Source: Escherichia coli (GTDB lineage Bacteria; Pseudomonadota; Gammaproteobacteria; Enterobacterales; Enterobacteriaceae). Taken from it: a stretch of 64,000 bases of DNA. A program made the translations under genes and the position numbers. The stretch is from the NCBI RefSeq assembly GCF_003018115.1, contig NZ_CP027457.1; one strand, written 5' to 3'. Position 1 is the first letter of the stretch. The number at the start of each line of letters is the position of its first letter. The notes beneath the pieces were generated by a model. That model was not told the origin of the DNA, did not search any database, and was given only the letters and a program-made list of their open reading frames with translations. This document shows, piece by piece, positions 44,879 to 64,000 of this stretch.

Positions 44879-45598
44879 ATGAACACTATCGTATTTGTGG
44901 AAGATGATGCGGAAGTCGGTTCACTGATTGCCGCGTACCTGGCAAAACATGATATGCAGGTTACCGTAGAGCCGCGCGGCGACCAGGCCGAAGAAACCAT
45001 TTTGCGAGAAAATCCGGATTTGGTGTTACTCGACATCATGCTACCAGGCAAGGACGGCATGACCATTTGTCGTGATTTACGCGCAAAGTGGTCTGGACCG
45101 ATTGTTCTTCTAACCTCTCTCGATAGCGATATGAACCACATCCTGGCACTGGAAATGGGTGCCTGCGACTATATTCTCAAAACGACGCCCCCTGCTGTTT
45201 TGCTAGCGCGTTTACGTTTGCATTTGCGTCAGAATGAGCAAGCCACACTGACCAAAGGTCTTCAGGAAACGTCTCTGACTCCCTACAAAGCCCTGCATTT
45301 CGGCACGTTGACCATCGATCCCATCAACCGCGTAGTCACCCTGGCTAACACTGAAATCTCGCTCTCGACAGCTGATTTCGAATTATTGTGGGAATTAGCT
45401 ACCCATGCCGGGCAAATCATGGACCGCGATGCATTGCTGAAAAATTTACGCGGCGTCAGTTATGACGGACTGGATCGTAGCGTGGACGTGGCTATTTCGC
45501 GGTTAAGAAAAAAACTGCTCGATAACGCCGCAGAACCTTATCGCATTAAAACTGTGCGTAACAAAGGCTATCTTTTTGCGCCTCATGCATGGGAATAA
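44879..45598 (+). CDS. rstA: two-component response regulator RstA (OmpR family)
   Basis: MNTIVFVEDDAEVGSLIAAYLAKH...; receiver plus winged-helix domains. Confidence 0.9.
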   Translation: MNTIVFVEDDAEVGSLIAAYLAKHDMQVTVEPRGDQAEETILRENPDLVLLDIMLPGKDGMTICRDLRAKWSGPIVLLTSLDSDMNHILALEMGACDYILKTTPPAVLLARLRLHLRQNEQATLTKGLQETSLTPYKALHFGTLTIDPINRVVTLANTEISLSTADFELLWELATHAGQIMDRDALLKNLRGVSYDGLDRSVDVAISRLRKKLLDNAAEPYRIKTVRNKGYLFAPHAWE

Positions 45599-45601
45599 GC
45601 G

Positions 45602-46903
45602 ATGAAAAAACTGTTTATCCAGTTTTACCTGTTATTGTTTGTCTGCTTCCTTGTGATGTCTCTGCTGGTTGGGTTGGTGTACAAATTTACCGCCGAACGC
45701 GCGGGCAAACAGTCGCTGGATGATTTGATGAACAGTTCGCTGTATCTGATGCGCAGCGAATTGCGAGAGATCCCCCCACACGACTGGGGTAAGACGCTGA
45801 AAGAGATGGATTTAAATCTCTCTTTCGATCTGCGTGTCGAGCCATTGAGTAAATACCATCTTGATGATATTTCCATGCACCGACTGCGTGGCGGCGAAAT
45901 TGTCGCCCTGGACGATCAGTACACGTTTTTGCAGCGTATCCCGCGCAGCCACTACGTGCTGGCAGTTGGTCCTGTTCCTTATCTTTATTATCTCCATCAG
46001 ATGCGATTGCTGGATATCGCCCTGATCGCTTTTATTGCTATTTCCCTCGCCTTTCCGGTGTTTATCTGGATGCGTCCGCACTGGCAGGATATGTTAAAAC
46101 TGGAAGCAGCGGCGCAACGATTTGGCGATGGGCATCTCAATGAGCGTATCCACTTTGATGAGGGTTCGAGCTTTGAACGACTTGGTATCGCATTTAACCA
46201 GATGGCGGACAATATCAACGCCTTGATTGCCAGCAAAAAACAGCTTATTGACGGTATCGCTCACGAACTGCGAACACCGTTAGTGCGCCTGCGTTATCGA
46301 CTGGAGATGAGCGATAACCTGAGCGCCGCCGAATCCCAGGCGTTGAATCGTGATATCAGTCAACTTGAAGCTTTAATTGAAGAGCTGCTGACTTATGCCC
46401 GACTCGATCGCCCACAAAACGAGCTTCATCTTAGCGAACCAGACCTGCCGTTGTGGCTGTCAACGCATCTGGCAGACATTCAGGCAGTAACGCCCGATAA
46501 AACGGTACGGATAAAAACGCTCGCGCAAGGCCATTATGCGGCGTTGGATATGCGCTTAATGGAGCGCGTGCTGGATAATTTGCTCAATAATGCCCTGCGC
46601 TACTGCCATTCAACGGTTGAAACCAGCCTGCTACTGTCGGGGAATAGAGCGACATTAATTGTTGAGGATGATGGCCCAGGGATTGCCCCAGAAAACCGCG
46701 AACATATCTTTGAACCTTTTGTTCGCCTCGATCCCAGCCGGGATCGCTCAACCGGCGGCTGCGGGCTGGGGCTGGCAATTGTCCACTCTATAGCACTGGC
46801 AATGGGCGGTACGGTTAATTGTGACACCAGCGAACTGGGTGGTGCCCGCTTCTCGTTTAGCTGGCCGTTATGGCATAACATCCCGCAATTTACCTCTGCT
46901 TGA
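45602..46903 (+). CDS. rstB: sensor histidine kinase RstB
   Basis: 433 aa; H-box HELRTP and G-box GLGLAIV. Confidence 0.9.
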   Translation: MKKLFIQFYLLLFVCFLVMSLLVGLVYKFTAERAGKQSLDDLMNSSLYLMRSELREIPPHDWGKTLKEMDLNLSFDLRVEPLSKYHLDDISMHRLRGGEIVALDDQYTFLQRIPRSHYVLAVGPVPYLYYLHQMRLLDIALIAFIAISLAFPVFIWMRPHWQDMLKLEAAAQRFGDGHLNERIHFDEGSSFERLGIAFNQMADNINALIASKKQLIDGIAHELRTPLVRLRYRLEMSDNLSAAESQALNRDISQLEALIEELLTYARLDRPQNELHLSEPDLPLWLSTHLADIQAVTPDKTVRIKTLAQGHYAALDMRLMERVLDNLLNNALRYCHSTVETSLLLSGNRATLIVEDDGPGIAPENREHIFEPFVRLDPSRDRSTGGCGLGLAIVHSIALAMGGTVNCDTSELGGARFSFSWPLWHNIPQFTSA

Positions 46904-46945
46904 CACTACGCGCACGGTGGTCAAGTCACCACCACTGTGCTATAA

Positions 46946-49308
<2,363 letters not shown>

Positions 49309-49420
49309 GGCCTGCTCCTCACCTGATTAATTTTTTCTTTCTGTTTTGCTTTCGTTAAGTAACTTTTAGCTCACTCATTATTTACTATTTGATAACAAAT
49401 GTTTGGTCTTTCGTGCCATG

Positions 49421-49444
49421 TAAAAAAACCGCCCCGAAGGGCGG
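49421..49444 (-). terminator. rho-independent terminator downstream of fumA
   Basis: CCGCCC-TTCG-GGGCGG hairpin followed by a T-run on the minus strand. Confidence 0.65.
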
Positions 49445-49450
49445 CTCTGT

Positions 49451-51097
49451 TTATTTCACACAGCGGGTGCATTGTGTGAGTTGTATCTGCTGGAAGAAGT
49501 CATTTCCTTTATCATCCACAAGGATAAACGCCGGGAAATCTTCCACTTCAATTTTCCAGATGGCTTCCATTCCCAGTTCCGGATATTCAACACATTCCAG
49601 GCTCTTAATACTTCCCTGCGCCAATACAGCGGCCGGACCACCGATACTGCCAAGGTAGAAGCCGCCGTGTTTTTTACAGGCATCCGTCACCTGCTGGCTG
49701 CGGTTGCCTTTCGCCAGCATGATCATACTTCCGCCCTGCGCTTGCAGTTGATCGACATAAGAATCCATCCGTCCGGCGGTCGTTGGGCCAAGAGAACCGG
49801 AGGCATAACCTTCCGGCGTTTTGGCCGGACCCGCGTAGTAAATCGGATGATCTTTAATGTACTGCGGCAGCCCTTCACCGTTATCCATCCGCTCTTTCAG
49901 TTTGGCGTGAGCAATATCACGACCGACGATAATCGTGCCGTTAAGCGATAAGCGTGTAGAAACGGGATACTGCGACAACTGTGCGAGGATCTCTTTCATC
50001 GGACGGTTAAGGTCAACGCGCACCGCTTCGCCCTCTCCCGCTTTGCGCAGCTCTTCCGGGATATATTTGCCTGGATTATGTTCCAGTTTTTCGATCCAGA
50101 TCCCCTGACGGTTGATCTTCGCTTTGATATTACGGTCAGCAGAGCAGGAGACGCCCATACCGACCGGGCAGGATGCGCCGTGACGTGGCAGGCGAATCAC
50201 GCGGATGTCGTGAGCGAAGTATTTACCACCAAACTGCGCACCCAGACCAAGATTTTGCGCTTCGATCAGCAATTCTTTTTCCAGTTCCACATCGCGGAAC
50301 GCCTGACCGTGCTCATTCCCTTCCGTTGGCAGTTCATCATAGTATTTCGCGGAAGCCAGTTTCACCGTTTTAAGGTTCGTTTCTGCAGAAGTTCCACCAA
50401 TAACGAACGCAATATGATACGGAGGACAGGCCGCCGTACCCAGCGTGCGCATCTTCTCAACCAGGTAATTTTTCAGTTTCCCCGGCGTCAGTAACGCTTT
50501 GGTTTCCTGATAGAGATACGTCTTGTTTGCCGAACCACCACCTTTGGCGATACAGAGGAATTTGTACTCGTCGCCATCAACGGCATAAAGATCGATCTGC
50601 GCTGGCAGATTGGTGCCGGTATTCACCTCTTTATACATATCCAGCGGCGCGTTTTGCGAGTAGCGCAGATTATCTTCGATATAAGTGTTATAGACACCGC
50701 GCGCCAGCGCCGCTTCATCACCACCACCGGTCCATACACGCTGCCCTTTTTTACCAACAATAATCGCGGTGCCGGTATCCTGACAGGTTGGCAGAACGCC
50801 TTTCGCCGCGATGTCGGAGTTACGCAGGAATTGCAGCGCCACATATTTATCATTTTCGCTGGCCTCCGGGTCACGCAGAATGTCGGCCACCTGTTGTTGG
50901 TGCGCCGGACGCAGCATAAACGACGCATCATGAAACGCCTGACGCGCCAACAGAGTTAACGCTTCGGGTGCGACTTTCAAAATCTCCTGCCCTTCAAATT
51001 CAGATACGCTAACGTGTTCGCTGGTTAGCAGGTAATACTCAGTATCATCTTTTTTGAGTGGAAAAGGAGCCTGATAATGAAAGGGTTTGTTTGACAT
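49451..51097 (-). CDS. fumA: class I Fe-S fumarate hydratase
   Basis: 548 aa [28 protein letters not shown]... Confidence 0.95.
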   Translation of the reverse strand: MSNKPFHYQAPFPLKKDDTEYYLLTSEHVSVSEFEGQEILKVAPEALTLLARQAFHDASFMLRPAHQQQVADILRDPEASENDKYVALQFLRNSDIAAKGVLPTCQDTGTAIIVGKKGQRVWTGGGDEAALARGVYNTYIEDNLRYSQNAPLDMYKEVNTGTNLPAQIDLYAVDGDEYKFLCIAKGGGSANKTYLYQETKALLTPGKLKNYLVEKMRTLGTAACPPYHIAFVIGGTSAETNLKTVKLASAKYYDELPTEGNEHGQAFRDVELEKELLIEAQNLGLGAQFGGKYFAHDIRVIRLPRHGASCPVGMGVSCSADRNIKAKINRQGIWIEKLEHNPGKYIPEELRKAGEGEAVRVDLNRPMKEILAQLSQYPVSTRLSLNGTIIVGRDIAHAKLKERMDNGEGLPQYIKDHPIYYAGPAKTPEGYASGSLGPTTAGRMDSYVDQLQAQGGSMIMLAKGNRSQQVTDACKKHGGFYLGSIGGPAAVLAQGSIKSLECVEYPELGMEAIWKIEVEDFPAFILVDDKGNDFFQQIQLTQCTRCVK

Positions 51098-51295
51098 TGT
51101 TCTCTCACTTACTGCCTGGTTTGGTTATGCTCTGGGCGGGTGTTCCGTTGCCCTGTTAAAAGCGAGTAACAATATCCTACACACTTTTTTAACAAAAACT
51201 GAGACTAGTACGACTTTTTGCGGCTCCAGGTTACTTCCCGTAGGATTCTTGCTTTAATAGCGGGATTAATTTCCACATTAAAACAGGGATTGATC

Positions 51296-52471
51296 ATGCA
51301 AAAACTCATTAACTCAGTGCAAAACTATGCCTGGGGCAGCAAAACGGCGTTGACTGAACTTTATGGTATGGAAAATCCGTCCAGCCAGCCGATGGCCGAG
51401 CTGTGGATGGGCGCACATCCGAAAAGCAGTTCACGAGTGCAGAATGCCGCCGGAGATATCGTTTCACTGCGTGATGTGATTGAGAGTGATAAATCGACTC
51501 TGCTCGGAGAGGCCGTTGCCAAACGCTTTGGCGAACTGCCTTTCCTGTTCAAAGTATTATGCGCAGCACAGCCACTCTCCATTCAGGTTCATCCAAACAA
51601 ACACAATTCTGAAATCGGTTTTGCCAAAGAAAATGCCGCAGGTATCCCGATGGATGCCGCCGAGCGTAACTATAAAGATCCTAACCACAAGCCGGAGCTG
51701 GTTTTTGCGCTGACGCCTTTCCTTGCGATGAACGCGTTTCGTGAATTTTCCGAGATTGTCTCCCTACTCCAGCCGGTCGCAGGTGCACATCCGGCGATTG
51801 CTCACTTTTTACAACAGCCTGATGCCGAACGTTTAAGCGAACTGTTCGCCAGCCTGTTGAATATGCAGGGTGAAGAAAAATCCCGCGCGCTGGCGATTTT
51901 AAAATCGGCGCTCGACAGTCAGCAGGGTGAACCGTGGCAAACGATTCGTTTAATTTCTGAATTTTACCCGGAAGACAGCGGCCTGTTCTCTCCGCTGTTG
52001 CTGAATGTGGTGAAATTGAATCCTGGCGAAGCGATGTTCCTGTTCGCTGAAACACCGCACGCTTACCTGCAAGGCGTGGCGCTGGAAGTGATGGCAAACT
52101 CCGATAACGTGCTGCGTGCGGGTCTGACGCCTAAATACATTGATATTCCGGAACTGGTTGCCAATGTGAAGTTCGAAGCCAAACCGGCTAACCAGTTGTT
52201 GACCCAGCCGGTGAAACAAGGCGCAGAACTGGACTTCCCGATTCCTGTGGATGATTTTGCCTTCTCGCTGCATGACCTTAGTGATAAAGAAACCACCATT
52301 AGCCAGCAGAGTGCCGCCATTTTGTTCTGTGTCGAAGGCGATGCAACGCTGTGTAAAGGTTCTCAGCAGTTACAGCTTAAACCGGGTGAATCAGCGTTTA
52401 TTGCCGCCAACGAATCACCGGTGACTGTCAAAGGCCACGGCCGTTTAGCGCGTGTTTACAACAAGCTGTAA
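51296..52471 (+). CDS. manA: mannose-6-phosphate isomerase
   Basis: 391 aa MQKLINSVQNYAWGSKTALTELYG... Confidence 0.95.
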   Translation: MQKLINSVQNYAWGSKTALTELYGMENPSSQPMAELWMGAHPKSSSRVQNAAGDIVSLRDVIESDKSTLLGEAVAKRFGELPFLFKVLCAAQPLSIQVHPNKHNSEIGFAKENAAGIPMDAAERNYKDPNHKPELVFALTPFLAMNAFREFSEIVSLLQPVAGAHPAIAHFLQQPDAERLSELFASLLNMQGEEKSRALAILKSALDSQQGEPWQTIRLISEFYPEDSGLFSPLLLNVVKLNPGEAMFLFAETPHAYLQGVALEVMANSDNVLRAGLTPKYIDIPELVANVKFEAKPANQLLTQPVKQGAELDFPIPVDDFAFSLHDLSDKETTISQQSAAILFCVEGDATLCKGSQQLQLKPGESAFIAANESPVTVKGHGRLARVYNKL

Positions 52472-52571
52472 GAGCTTACTGAAAAAATTAACATCTCTTG
52501 CTAAGCTTATTAAAGGCTTATAACACCTTCAGGCGGCCAGTCCGCCTGATTTCATTTTATGGATAATCATT

Positions 52572-54080
52572 ATGAATAAATCGCTGGTAGCGGTAGGCGT
52601 CATTGTTGCGCTAGGCGTAGTCTGGACAGGCGGCGCATGGTATACAGGCAAGAAGATTGAAACCCATCTCGAAGACATGGTCGCGCAGGCGAACGCGCAA
52701 CTCAAACTGACCGCTCCTGAATCCAACCTGGAAGTGAGTTATCAAAACTATCATCGCGGCGTATTCAGCAGTCAGCTGCAACTGTTGGTGAAACCCATTG
52801 CCGGGAAAGAAAATCCGTGGATTAAAAGCGGTCAGAGCGTCATCTTCAACGAATCGGTTGATCATGGTCCCTTCCCCCTTGCCCAGCTTAAAAAACTGAA
52901 CCTGATCCCGTCGATGGCATCAATTCAAACCACGCTGGTTAATAACGAAGTAAGCAAACCACTGTTTGATATGGCAAAAGGTGAAACGCCTTTTGAGATT
53001 AACTCGCGCATTGGTTACAGCGGTGATTCCAGTTCCGATATTTCGCTCAAGCCACTGAATTACGAGCAAAAGGATGAAAAAGTCGCCTTTAGCGGCGGCG
53101 AGTTCCAGTTAAATGCTGACAGAGACGGCAAAGCTATCTCCCTTTCCGGGGAGGCGCAAAGTGGTCGGATAGACGCAGTTAACGAATACAACCAGAAAGT
53201 GCAGTTGACCTTTAATAATCTGAAAACCGACGGTTCCAGCACGCTGGCAAGTTTTGGTGAGCGCGTAGGAAACCAAAAACTGTCACTGGAAAAAATGACC
53301 ATTTCAGTGGAAGGCAAAGAACTGGCACTGCTGGAAGGCATGGAGATCAGCGGTAAATCGGATCTGGTCAATGATGGTAAAACGATCAATAGCCAACTGG
53401 ATTACTCGCTAAACAGCCTGAAGGTACAGAATCAGGATCTGGGCAGCGGCAAGCTGACTTTAAAAGTCGGCCAGATTGATGGTGAAGCCTGGCATCAGTT
53501 TAGCCAGCAATATAACGCGCAAACTCAGGCGCTGCTGGCACAGCCAGAAATTGCCAACAATCCCGAACTTTATCAGGAGAAAGTGACGGAAGCCTTCTTT
53601 AGCGCCCTGCCGCTGATGCTGAAAGGCGATCCGGTGATTACTGTCGCGCCGCTAAGCTGGAAAAACAGTCAGGGTGAAAGTGCGCTGAATCTGTCGCTGT
53701 TCCTGAAAGATCCGGCAACGACTAAAGAAGCGCCGCAAACGCTGGCGCAGGAAGTAGATCGTTCGGTTAAATCTCTGGATGCGAAACTGACCATTCCGGT
53801 GGATATGGCAACTGAGTTGATGACTCAGGTAGCGAAGCTGGAAGGTTATCAGGAAGATCAAGCGAAAAAACTGGCGAAACAGCAAGTTGAAGGTGCATCA
53901 GCAATGGGGCAGATGTTCCGTCTGACCACCTTGCAGGACAATACCATCACCACCAGCCTGCAATATGCTAACGGTCAGATAACGTTAAATGGGCAGAAAA
54001 TGCCACTGGAAGATTTCGTTGGTATGTTTGCAATGCCGGCATTAAACGTTCCGGTCGTACCCGCTATTCCGCAGCAGTAA
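52572..54080 (+). CDS. ydgA: DUF945-family protein YdgA
   Basis: 502 aa with N-terminal signal/anchor. Confidence 0.85.
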   Translation: MNKSLVAVGVIVALGVVWTGGAWYTGKKIETHLEDMVAQANAQLKLTAPESNLEVSYQNYHRGVFSSQLQLLVKPIAGKENPWIKSGQSVIFNESVDHGPFPLAQLKKLNLIPSMASIQTTLVNNEVSKPLFDMAKGETPFEINSRIGYSGDSSSDISLKPLNYEQKDEKVAFSGGEFQLNADRDGKAISLSGEAQSGRIDAVNEYNQKVQLTFNNLKTDGSSTLASFGERVGNQKLSLEKMTISVEGKELALLEGMEISGKSDLVNDGKTINSQLDYSLNSLKVQNQDLGSGKLTLKVGQIDGEAWHQFSQQYNAQTQALLAQPEIANNPELYQEKVTEAFFSALPLMLKGDPVITVAPLSWKNSQGESALNLSLFLKDPATTKEAPQTLAQEVDRSVKSLDAKLTIPVDMATELMTQVAKLEGYQEDQAKKLAKQQVEGASAMGQMFRLTTLQDNTITTSLQYANGQITLNGQKMPLEDFVGMFAMPALNVPVVPAIPQQ

Positions 54081-54091
54081 TTCACAGCCAA

Positions 54092-54127
54092 AACGCCGGA
54101 GATTTTTCTCTCCGGCGTTATTTTTTA
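54092..54127. terminator. bidirectional rho-independent terminator between ydgA and uidC
   Basis: AACGCCGGAGA-TTTTT-CTCTCCGGCGTT hairpin followed by a T-run. Confidence 0.6.
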
Positions 54128-55390
54128 CTTCAGCATAAAGTCATACTGAATACTCATTTTCACATCCCAGTAATTCAGGCGATCGCCCAGCGTACTGCCA
54201 TCGCGCTTTTCCCGCCCTTTATCGGCAGCAAGAAAGAAATTCATCCCTTGTAACGGCCCTTCGCTGACCCGATAGTTCATACCACCTAAGATACCCGTGC
54301 CTTCAATCCGCACATCTCGTTTACTGGATTCATAGCCGCGAGTCACAATCGGTGCAAATGTCAGTGTAAATTGCGGCGTTAAACGATAGTTGACACCCAA
54401 TTGCCAGGACTGCATTCCTTCACGGTTACGATCTAGACTTAATGAAAAGGGATAGCCAATGTCGGTATCCACCACGGCACCATTAATTGCATGGCGCAAA
54501 TAACCACCACTGCCAAATACGCTTCCCCACGGCGCATTCCAGGTCAATTGTCCACTAACCAACGCCGTTTCATTGGGCTGGCTGGTATTACGACTTAAAC
54601 CTTCGAGCTGCGCGTAAAAGCCGAGCAACTCCCCTTTCAACGTATAATTCGGGTCGAGCGGTATGCTTTTCTCGAGAATACTTTGTATCTGATTGGAAAC
54701 ATCTTTCTGTACCGATGTCCCCAGAGAATAGCGACTGGTATCATCATGCCAACTGGCGGCTAAAAAAGAACGTGCGCGATGTTTATCGTATTTTCCCGTC
54801 TGGCTGTTATACACCCCTTCATCACGAATACCGGTTGTTGAATCAGTCCATAAAAATACTCGTGAACGCCACATTCCCCACAGATCAATATTTGGCGTTA
54901 AAGCCCAATAACCTAATGCTCCTTCAGAAACTGTCGGTAATGTACGTTGCGAACTGCCAGCCATTAACGGAATACGATAAGGTAAGCTACCATAACTATA
55001 ATCCGTCCCGAAGCGACCTATTTTAAGCAGGCTATTTTCACTGGGTTTTATTTTTACTGCCCCGAGGGCAAAGCCAAAACTTTTATCACCATCAAGATAC
55101 CACCGGGTACTCATATCAGCACGAGCACCTAATTTATAAACATAATACGCTCCGCCTTCAACGCCAATAATATTGGAATAATAACCACTATTGAAATCGA
55201 GCAATCCTCCCTGTACCCATGCGTAAATATCTCTTCCCGCGCCAGCACTGGGCTTATCAGCCCTGCGCAATTCGTTTTTCAGTCTGATGCGTAGTCCCGC
55301 TTCATCGTCAGCCAGTTGCGCCGCGTAAGCAGAGGTAAGGCCAGAGGCAGCCGTCAGGCAAATAACGGTCATGGCCACTATTTTTCTCAT
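54125..55390 (-). CDS. uidC: outer membrane porin-like protein UidC
   Basis: 421 aa; signal peptide; C-terminal aromatic residue. Confidence 0.9.
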   Translation of the reverse strand: MRKIVAMTVICLTAASGLTSAYAAQLADDEAGLRIRLKNELRRADKPSAGAGRDIYAWVQGGLLDFNSGYYSNIIGVEGGAYYVYKLGARADMSTRWYLDGDKSFGFALGAVKIKPSENSLLKIGRFGTDYSYGSLPYRIPLMAGSSQRTLPTVSEGALGYWALTPNIDLWGMWRSRVFLWTDSTTGIRDEGVYNSQTGKYDKHRARSFLAASWHDDTSRYSLGTSVQKDVSNQIQSILEKSIPLDPNYTLKGELLGFYAQLEGLSRNTSQPNETALVSGQLTWNAPWGSVFGSGGYLRHAINGAVVDTDIGYPFSLSLDRNREGMQSWQLGVNYRLTPQFTLTFAPIVTRGYESSKRDVRIEGTGILGGMNYRVSEGPLQGMNFFLAADKGREKRDGSTLGDRLNYWDVKMSIQYDFMLK

Positions 55391-55428
55391 AGTTGCACCT
55401 TTGATGTTCTGATTATTTTTATTGAATA

Positions 55429-58661
<3,233 letters not shown>

Positions 58662-58998
58662 TTAACCAATTCTGTGTTGCACACAGTTATCTGTGAGAAA
58701 CCCATGGAAGAGAAATGGAAATAAAAAGAACTGACACCGCGATCAAAAAACCAAAAACTGCAATACCCACAGCGTGATATTGATCGCATTAATCTTTAAA
58801 ACGGCGTTGACAGAAGCCATAAAATAAGCAACCGAACGTTCGTTCGAGCATGTTGGGAACGATAAACTCTCATGACATATGGCTACGGTGAATATTTTGG
58901 GGGGGGAATTCTCCGATCCCGGCTAGATTGTATTTTGTACAGGGAAATTAAAGTATGAAACGCGGGCACAGTTATCACCAGCCCGCGAAATGAGAGGA

Positions 58999-59589
58999 TC
59001 AGGATGCGGTTAAGATACCGCCAATCATCGCGCGTAATCCCTGAGCAAACGACGCTTCACGCGCCAGATCTTCCGCTTCGATATCGGCCAGTACACCGTA
59101 GGTCAGATCCAGCAGTAAACGTGAAGTCATTGACGTGTTGATGTCTGGGCTTATCTCGCCTTTTTGCTGGGCATCACGCATCCGCTGGGCAACAAATTCA
59201 GTGATCGTCATATGCTTATTTTTAAGCATGGCGGCGACCTGTGGGTTACGCATCCCTTCCGCCATAATTTCGACCACCAGCGCCCGTTGCCCAAAGGCTT
59301 CATGGGTGAGAGAGACAATAGACTCGACCATATAGTCAACAAAATGAATCCCTTCTATCGGTTCCCGGAAACGGGCCAGCGCCCTCTCCTGGTCCTGTAA
59401 GATAATCGCCTGAATCAAGGCTTCTTTGGAGATGAAATGGTGATAGAGCGTCCCGGGACTAATGGCGCAGGATTTACAGATGGCTTTCATCGAGGCACTG
59501 TGAAATCCATTTTCTGAAAAAATCTCTCTGGCAGCATTGAGGATCCGGGTCCGTGTCGGTTGTGCTTCAGTCTGCATGTTATCCATCAT
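58999..59589 (-). CDS. uidR: TetR-family repressor UidR
   Basis: 196 aa with N-terminal TetR HTH. Confidence 0.9.
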   Translation of the reverse strand: MMDNMQTEAQPTRTRILNAAREIFSENGFHSASMKAICKSCAISPGTLYHHFISKEALIQAIILQDQERALARFREPIEGIHFVDYMVESIVSLTHEAFGQRALVVEIMAEGMRNPQVAAMLKNKHMTITEFVAQRMRDAQQKGEISPDINTSMTSRLLLDLTYGVLADIEAEDLAREASFAQGLRAMIGGILTAS

Positions 59590-59817
59590 TAAACCATTAT
59601 AGTTAGCGTGAATAACTAGTTTACCGCGTTGTCAGGTGAGCGCCTATCATTGCTGTTGAATAGTGCGAAGGCACACTCTATTCGTTTACTTTTCATCCAG
59701 TAATTGGTTAACCAATAGCCGTGATTTGGCTGCCAGTTGTTTAGCAGAGACGTTGATGAATTGCACACGCTATCCCGGTAAACAACACATACTGCTGTTT
59801 ACCGGTTCGTTAGTGTA

Positions 59818-60585
59818 TTAATTGAGCTCCTGTACCCCACCACCGGAGACGGTGAGAATTTGTCCGCTTACCCAGCTGGCTGCAGGCGAGCAAAGGAACA
59901 GAGCTGCGTTAGCAATATCTTGCGGTTGGCCCAGACGTCTGATCGGCGTGTGCTGTAACATTTTTTGTTCAATTTCTGGTGTAATAACGGATTTCAGGGC
60001 ATCGGTTAATATTGCCCCCGGCGCAATGCCATTTACCCGAATATTTTTTTCACCCAGGTCAAACGCCATATTTCTGACCAGATGACTGGCCGCAGCTTTA
60101 GATGATGCATAGGAAGTCATGTTTATATTTTTATTTTCTGCCGCCATAGAAGTGATGGTCAGAATAACGCCACCGCCATTTTTTTCCATTTCTGGCGCAA
60201 CAAGTTGTGACAGATGGAAAAAAGAAAACACATTCAGTTCATAAGCACGGCGAAAATCCGCCATTGGCATATCAAACGGTTTAGGTCCACCGCCACCGGC
60301 GTTGTTAACCAGAATATCAACTTTACCCAGCTTACTGATAGCAAAGTCTGCCAGTGCAGAGAGTTCCTGTTCGGAAGTAATATCACAACGGCAGGCAAAT
60401 GCCTGACCACCCAGTTGTTGAATTTCGTCTACAACATGGTTAGCTGCGTCGGCGTTAATATCACTGACCACCACAGATGCGCCAGCTGTCGCGAATGTAA
60501 TGGCGATTTCTTTACCAATACCTGCACCCGCACCTGTGATGATGGCGCATTTTCCGTCGAGTCTCAGGTTGTCAGAATTAAACAC
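59818..60585 (-). CDS. hdhA: 7-alpha-hydroxysteroid dehydrogenase (SDR family)
   Basis: 255 aa; GAGAGIG and YxxxK motifs. Confidence 0.9.
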   Translation of the reverse strand: MFNSDNLRLDGKCAIITGAGAGIGKEIAITFATAGASVVVSDINADAANHVVDEIQQLGGQAFACRCDITSEQELSALADFAISKLGKVDILVNNAGGGGPKPFDMPMADFRRAYELNVFSFFHLSQLVAPEMEKNGGGVILTITSMAAENKNINMTSYASSKAAASHLVRNMAFDLGEKNIRVNGIAPGAILTDALKSVITPEIEQKMLQHTPIRRLGQPQDIANAALFLCSPAASWVSGQILTVSGGGVQELN

Positions 60586-60696
60586 ATAAACCTCCTGTGA
60601 ACTTCAGTAAAAATAAAAGGCACCGCCTGTGTGCCACATTTTTTATCATTAACCTTGAGGAAAGGACACTACCAGGTATAGCAGATAAAGAGAGGA

Positions 60697-63492
<2,796 letters not shown>

Positions 63493-63501
63493 GGATAAGA
63501 T

Positions 63502-64000
63502 ATGTTCGATTTTTCAAAGGTCGTGGATCGTCATGGCACATGGTGTACACAGTGGGATTATGTCGCTGACCGTTTCGGCACTGCTGACCTGTTACCGTTC
63601 ACGATTTCAGACATGGATTTTGCCACTGCCCCCTGCATTATCGAGGCGCTGAATCAGCGCCTGATGCACGGCGTATTTGGCTACAGCCGCTGGAAAAACG
63701 ATGAATTTCTCGCGGCTATTGCCCACTGGTTTTCCACCCAGCATTACACCGCAATTGATACGCAGACGGTGGTGTATGGCCCTTCTGTCATCTATATGGT
63801 TTCAGAACTGATTCGTCAGTGGTCTGAAACAGGTGAAGGCGTGGTGATCCACACGCCCGCCTATGACGCATTTTACAAGGCCATTGAAGGTAACCAGCGC
63901 ACAGTAATGCCCGTTGCTTTAGAGAAGCAGGCTGACGGCTGGTTTTGCGATATGGGCAAGCTGGAAGCCGTGTTGGCGAAACCAGAATGTAAAATTATGC
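63502..64000 (+). CDS. malY: MalY, PLP-dependent beta-C-S lyase (5' part; runs off the window end)
   Basis: MFDFSKVVDRHGTWCTQWDYVADRFG...; no stop before position 64000. Confidence 0.9.
   Translation, partial: MFDFSKVVDRHGTWCTQWDYVADRFGTADLLPFTISDMDFATAPCIIEALNQRLMHGVFGYSRWKNDEFLAAIAHWFSTQHYTAIDTQTVVYGPSVIYMVSELIRQWSETGEGVVIHTPAYDAFYKAIEGNQRTVMPVALEKQADGWFCDMGKLEAVLAKPECKIM

Overview
Enterobacterial (Escherichia coli-type) chromosome segment, recognised by gene order and protein sequences matching the K-12 rspBA-ynfABCD-ynfEFGH-dmsD ... uidRABC-hdhA-malIXY region. Positions 1 to about 15,600 are the integrase-proximal arm of a Qin-like lambdoid prophage: flxA, an O-like replication gene with internal iterons, the dicC/dicA switch, ydfABC, dicF sRNA, dicB, ydfD, a full-length 835-aa YdfE-exonuclease protein, xis and a full-length integrase. 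This arm carries two IS insertions (an IS481-like element and an IS66-family element with a perfect 8-bp target duplication). From about 15.6 kb onward the window is ordinary core genome. I saw no rRNA, tRNA or CRISPR array. I could not substantiate a previously undescribed multi-gene system; the most unusual items are the 835-aa multidomain exonuclease, a small methyltransferase-like ORF coupled to a 140-aa ORF, a small hydrophobic ORF with a consensus RBS, and the iteron origin. All family assignments rest on recalled sequence similarity and motifs, not on database searches. Gene starts were set from the ORF track plus known N-termini where recognised.
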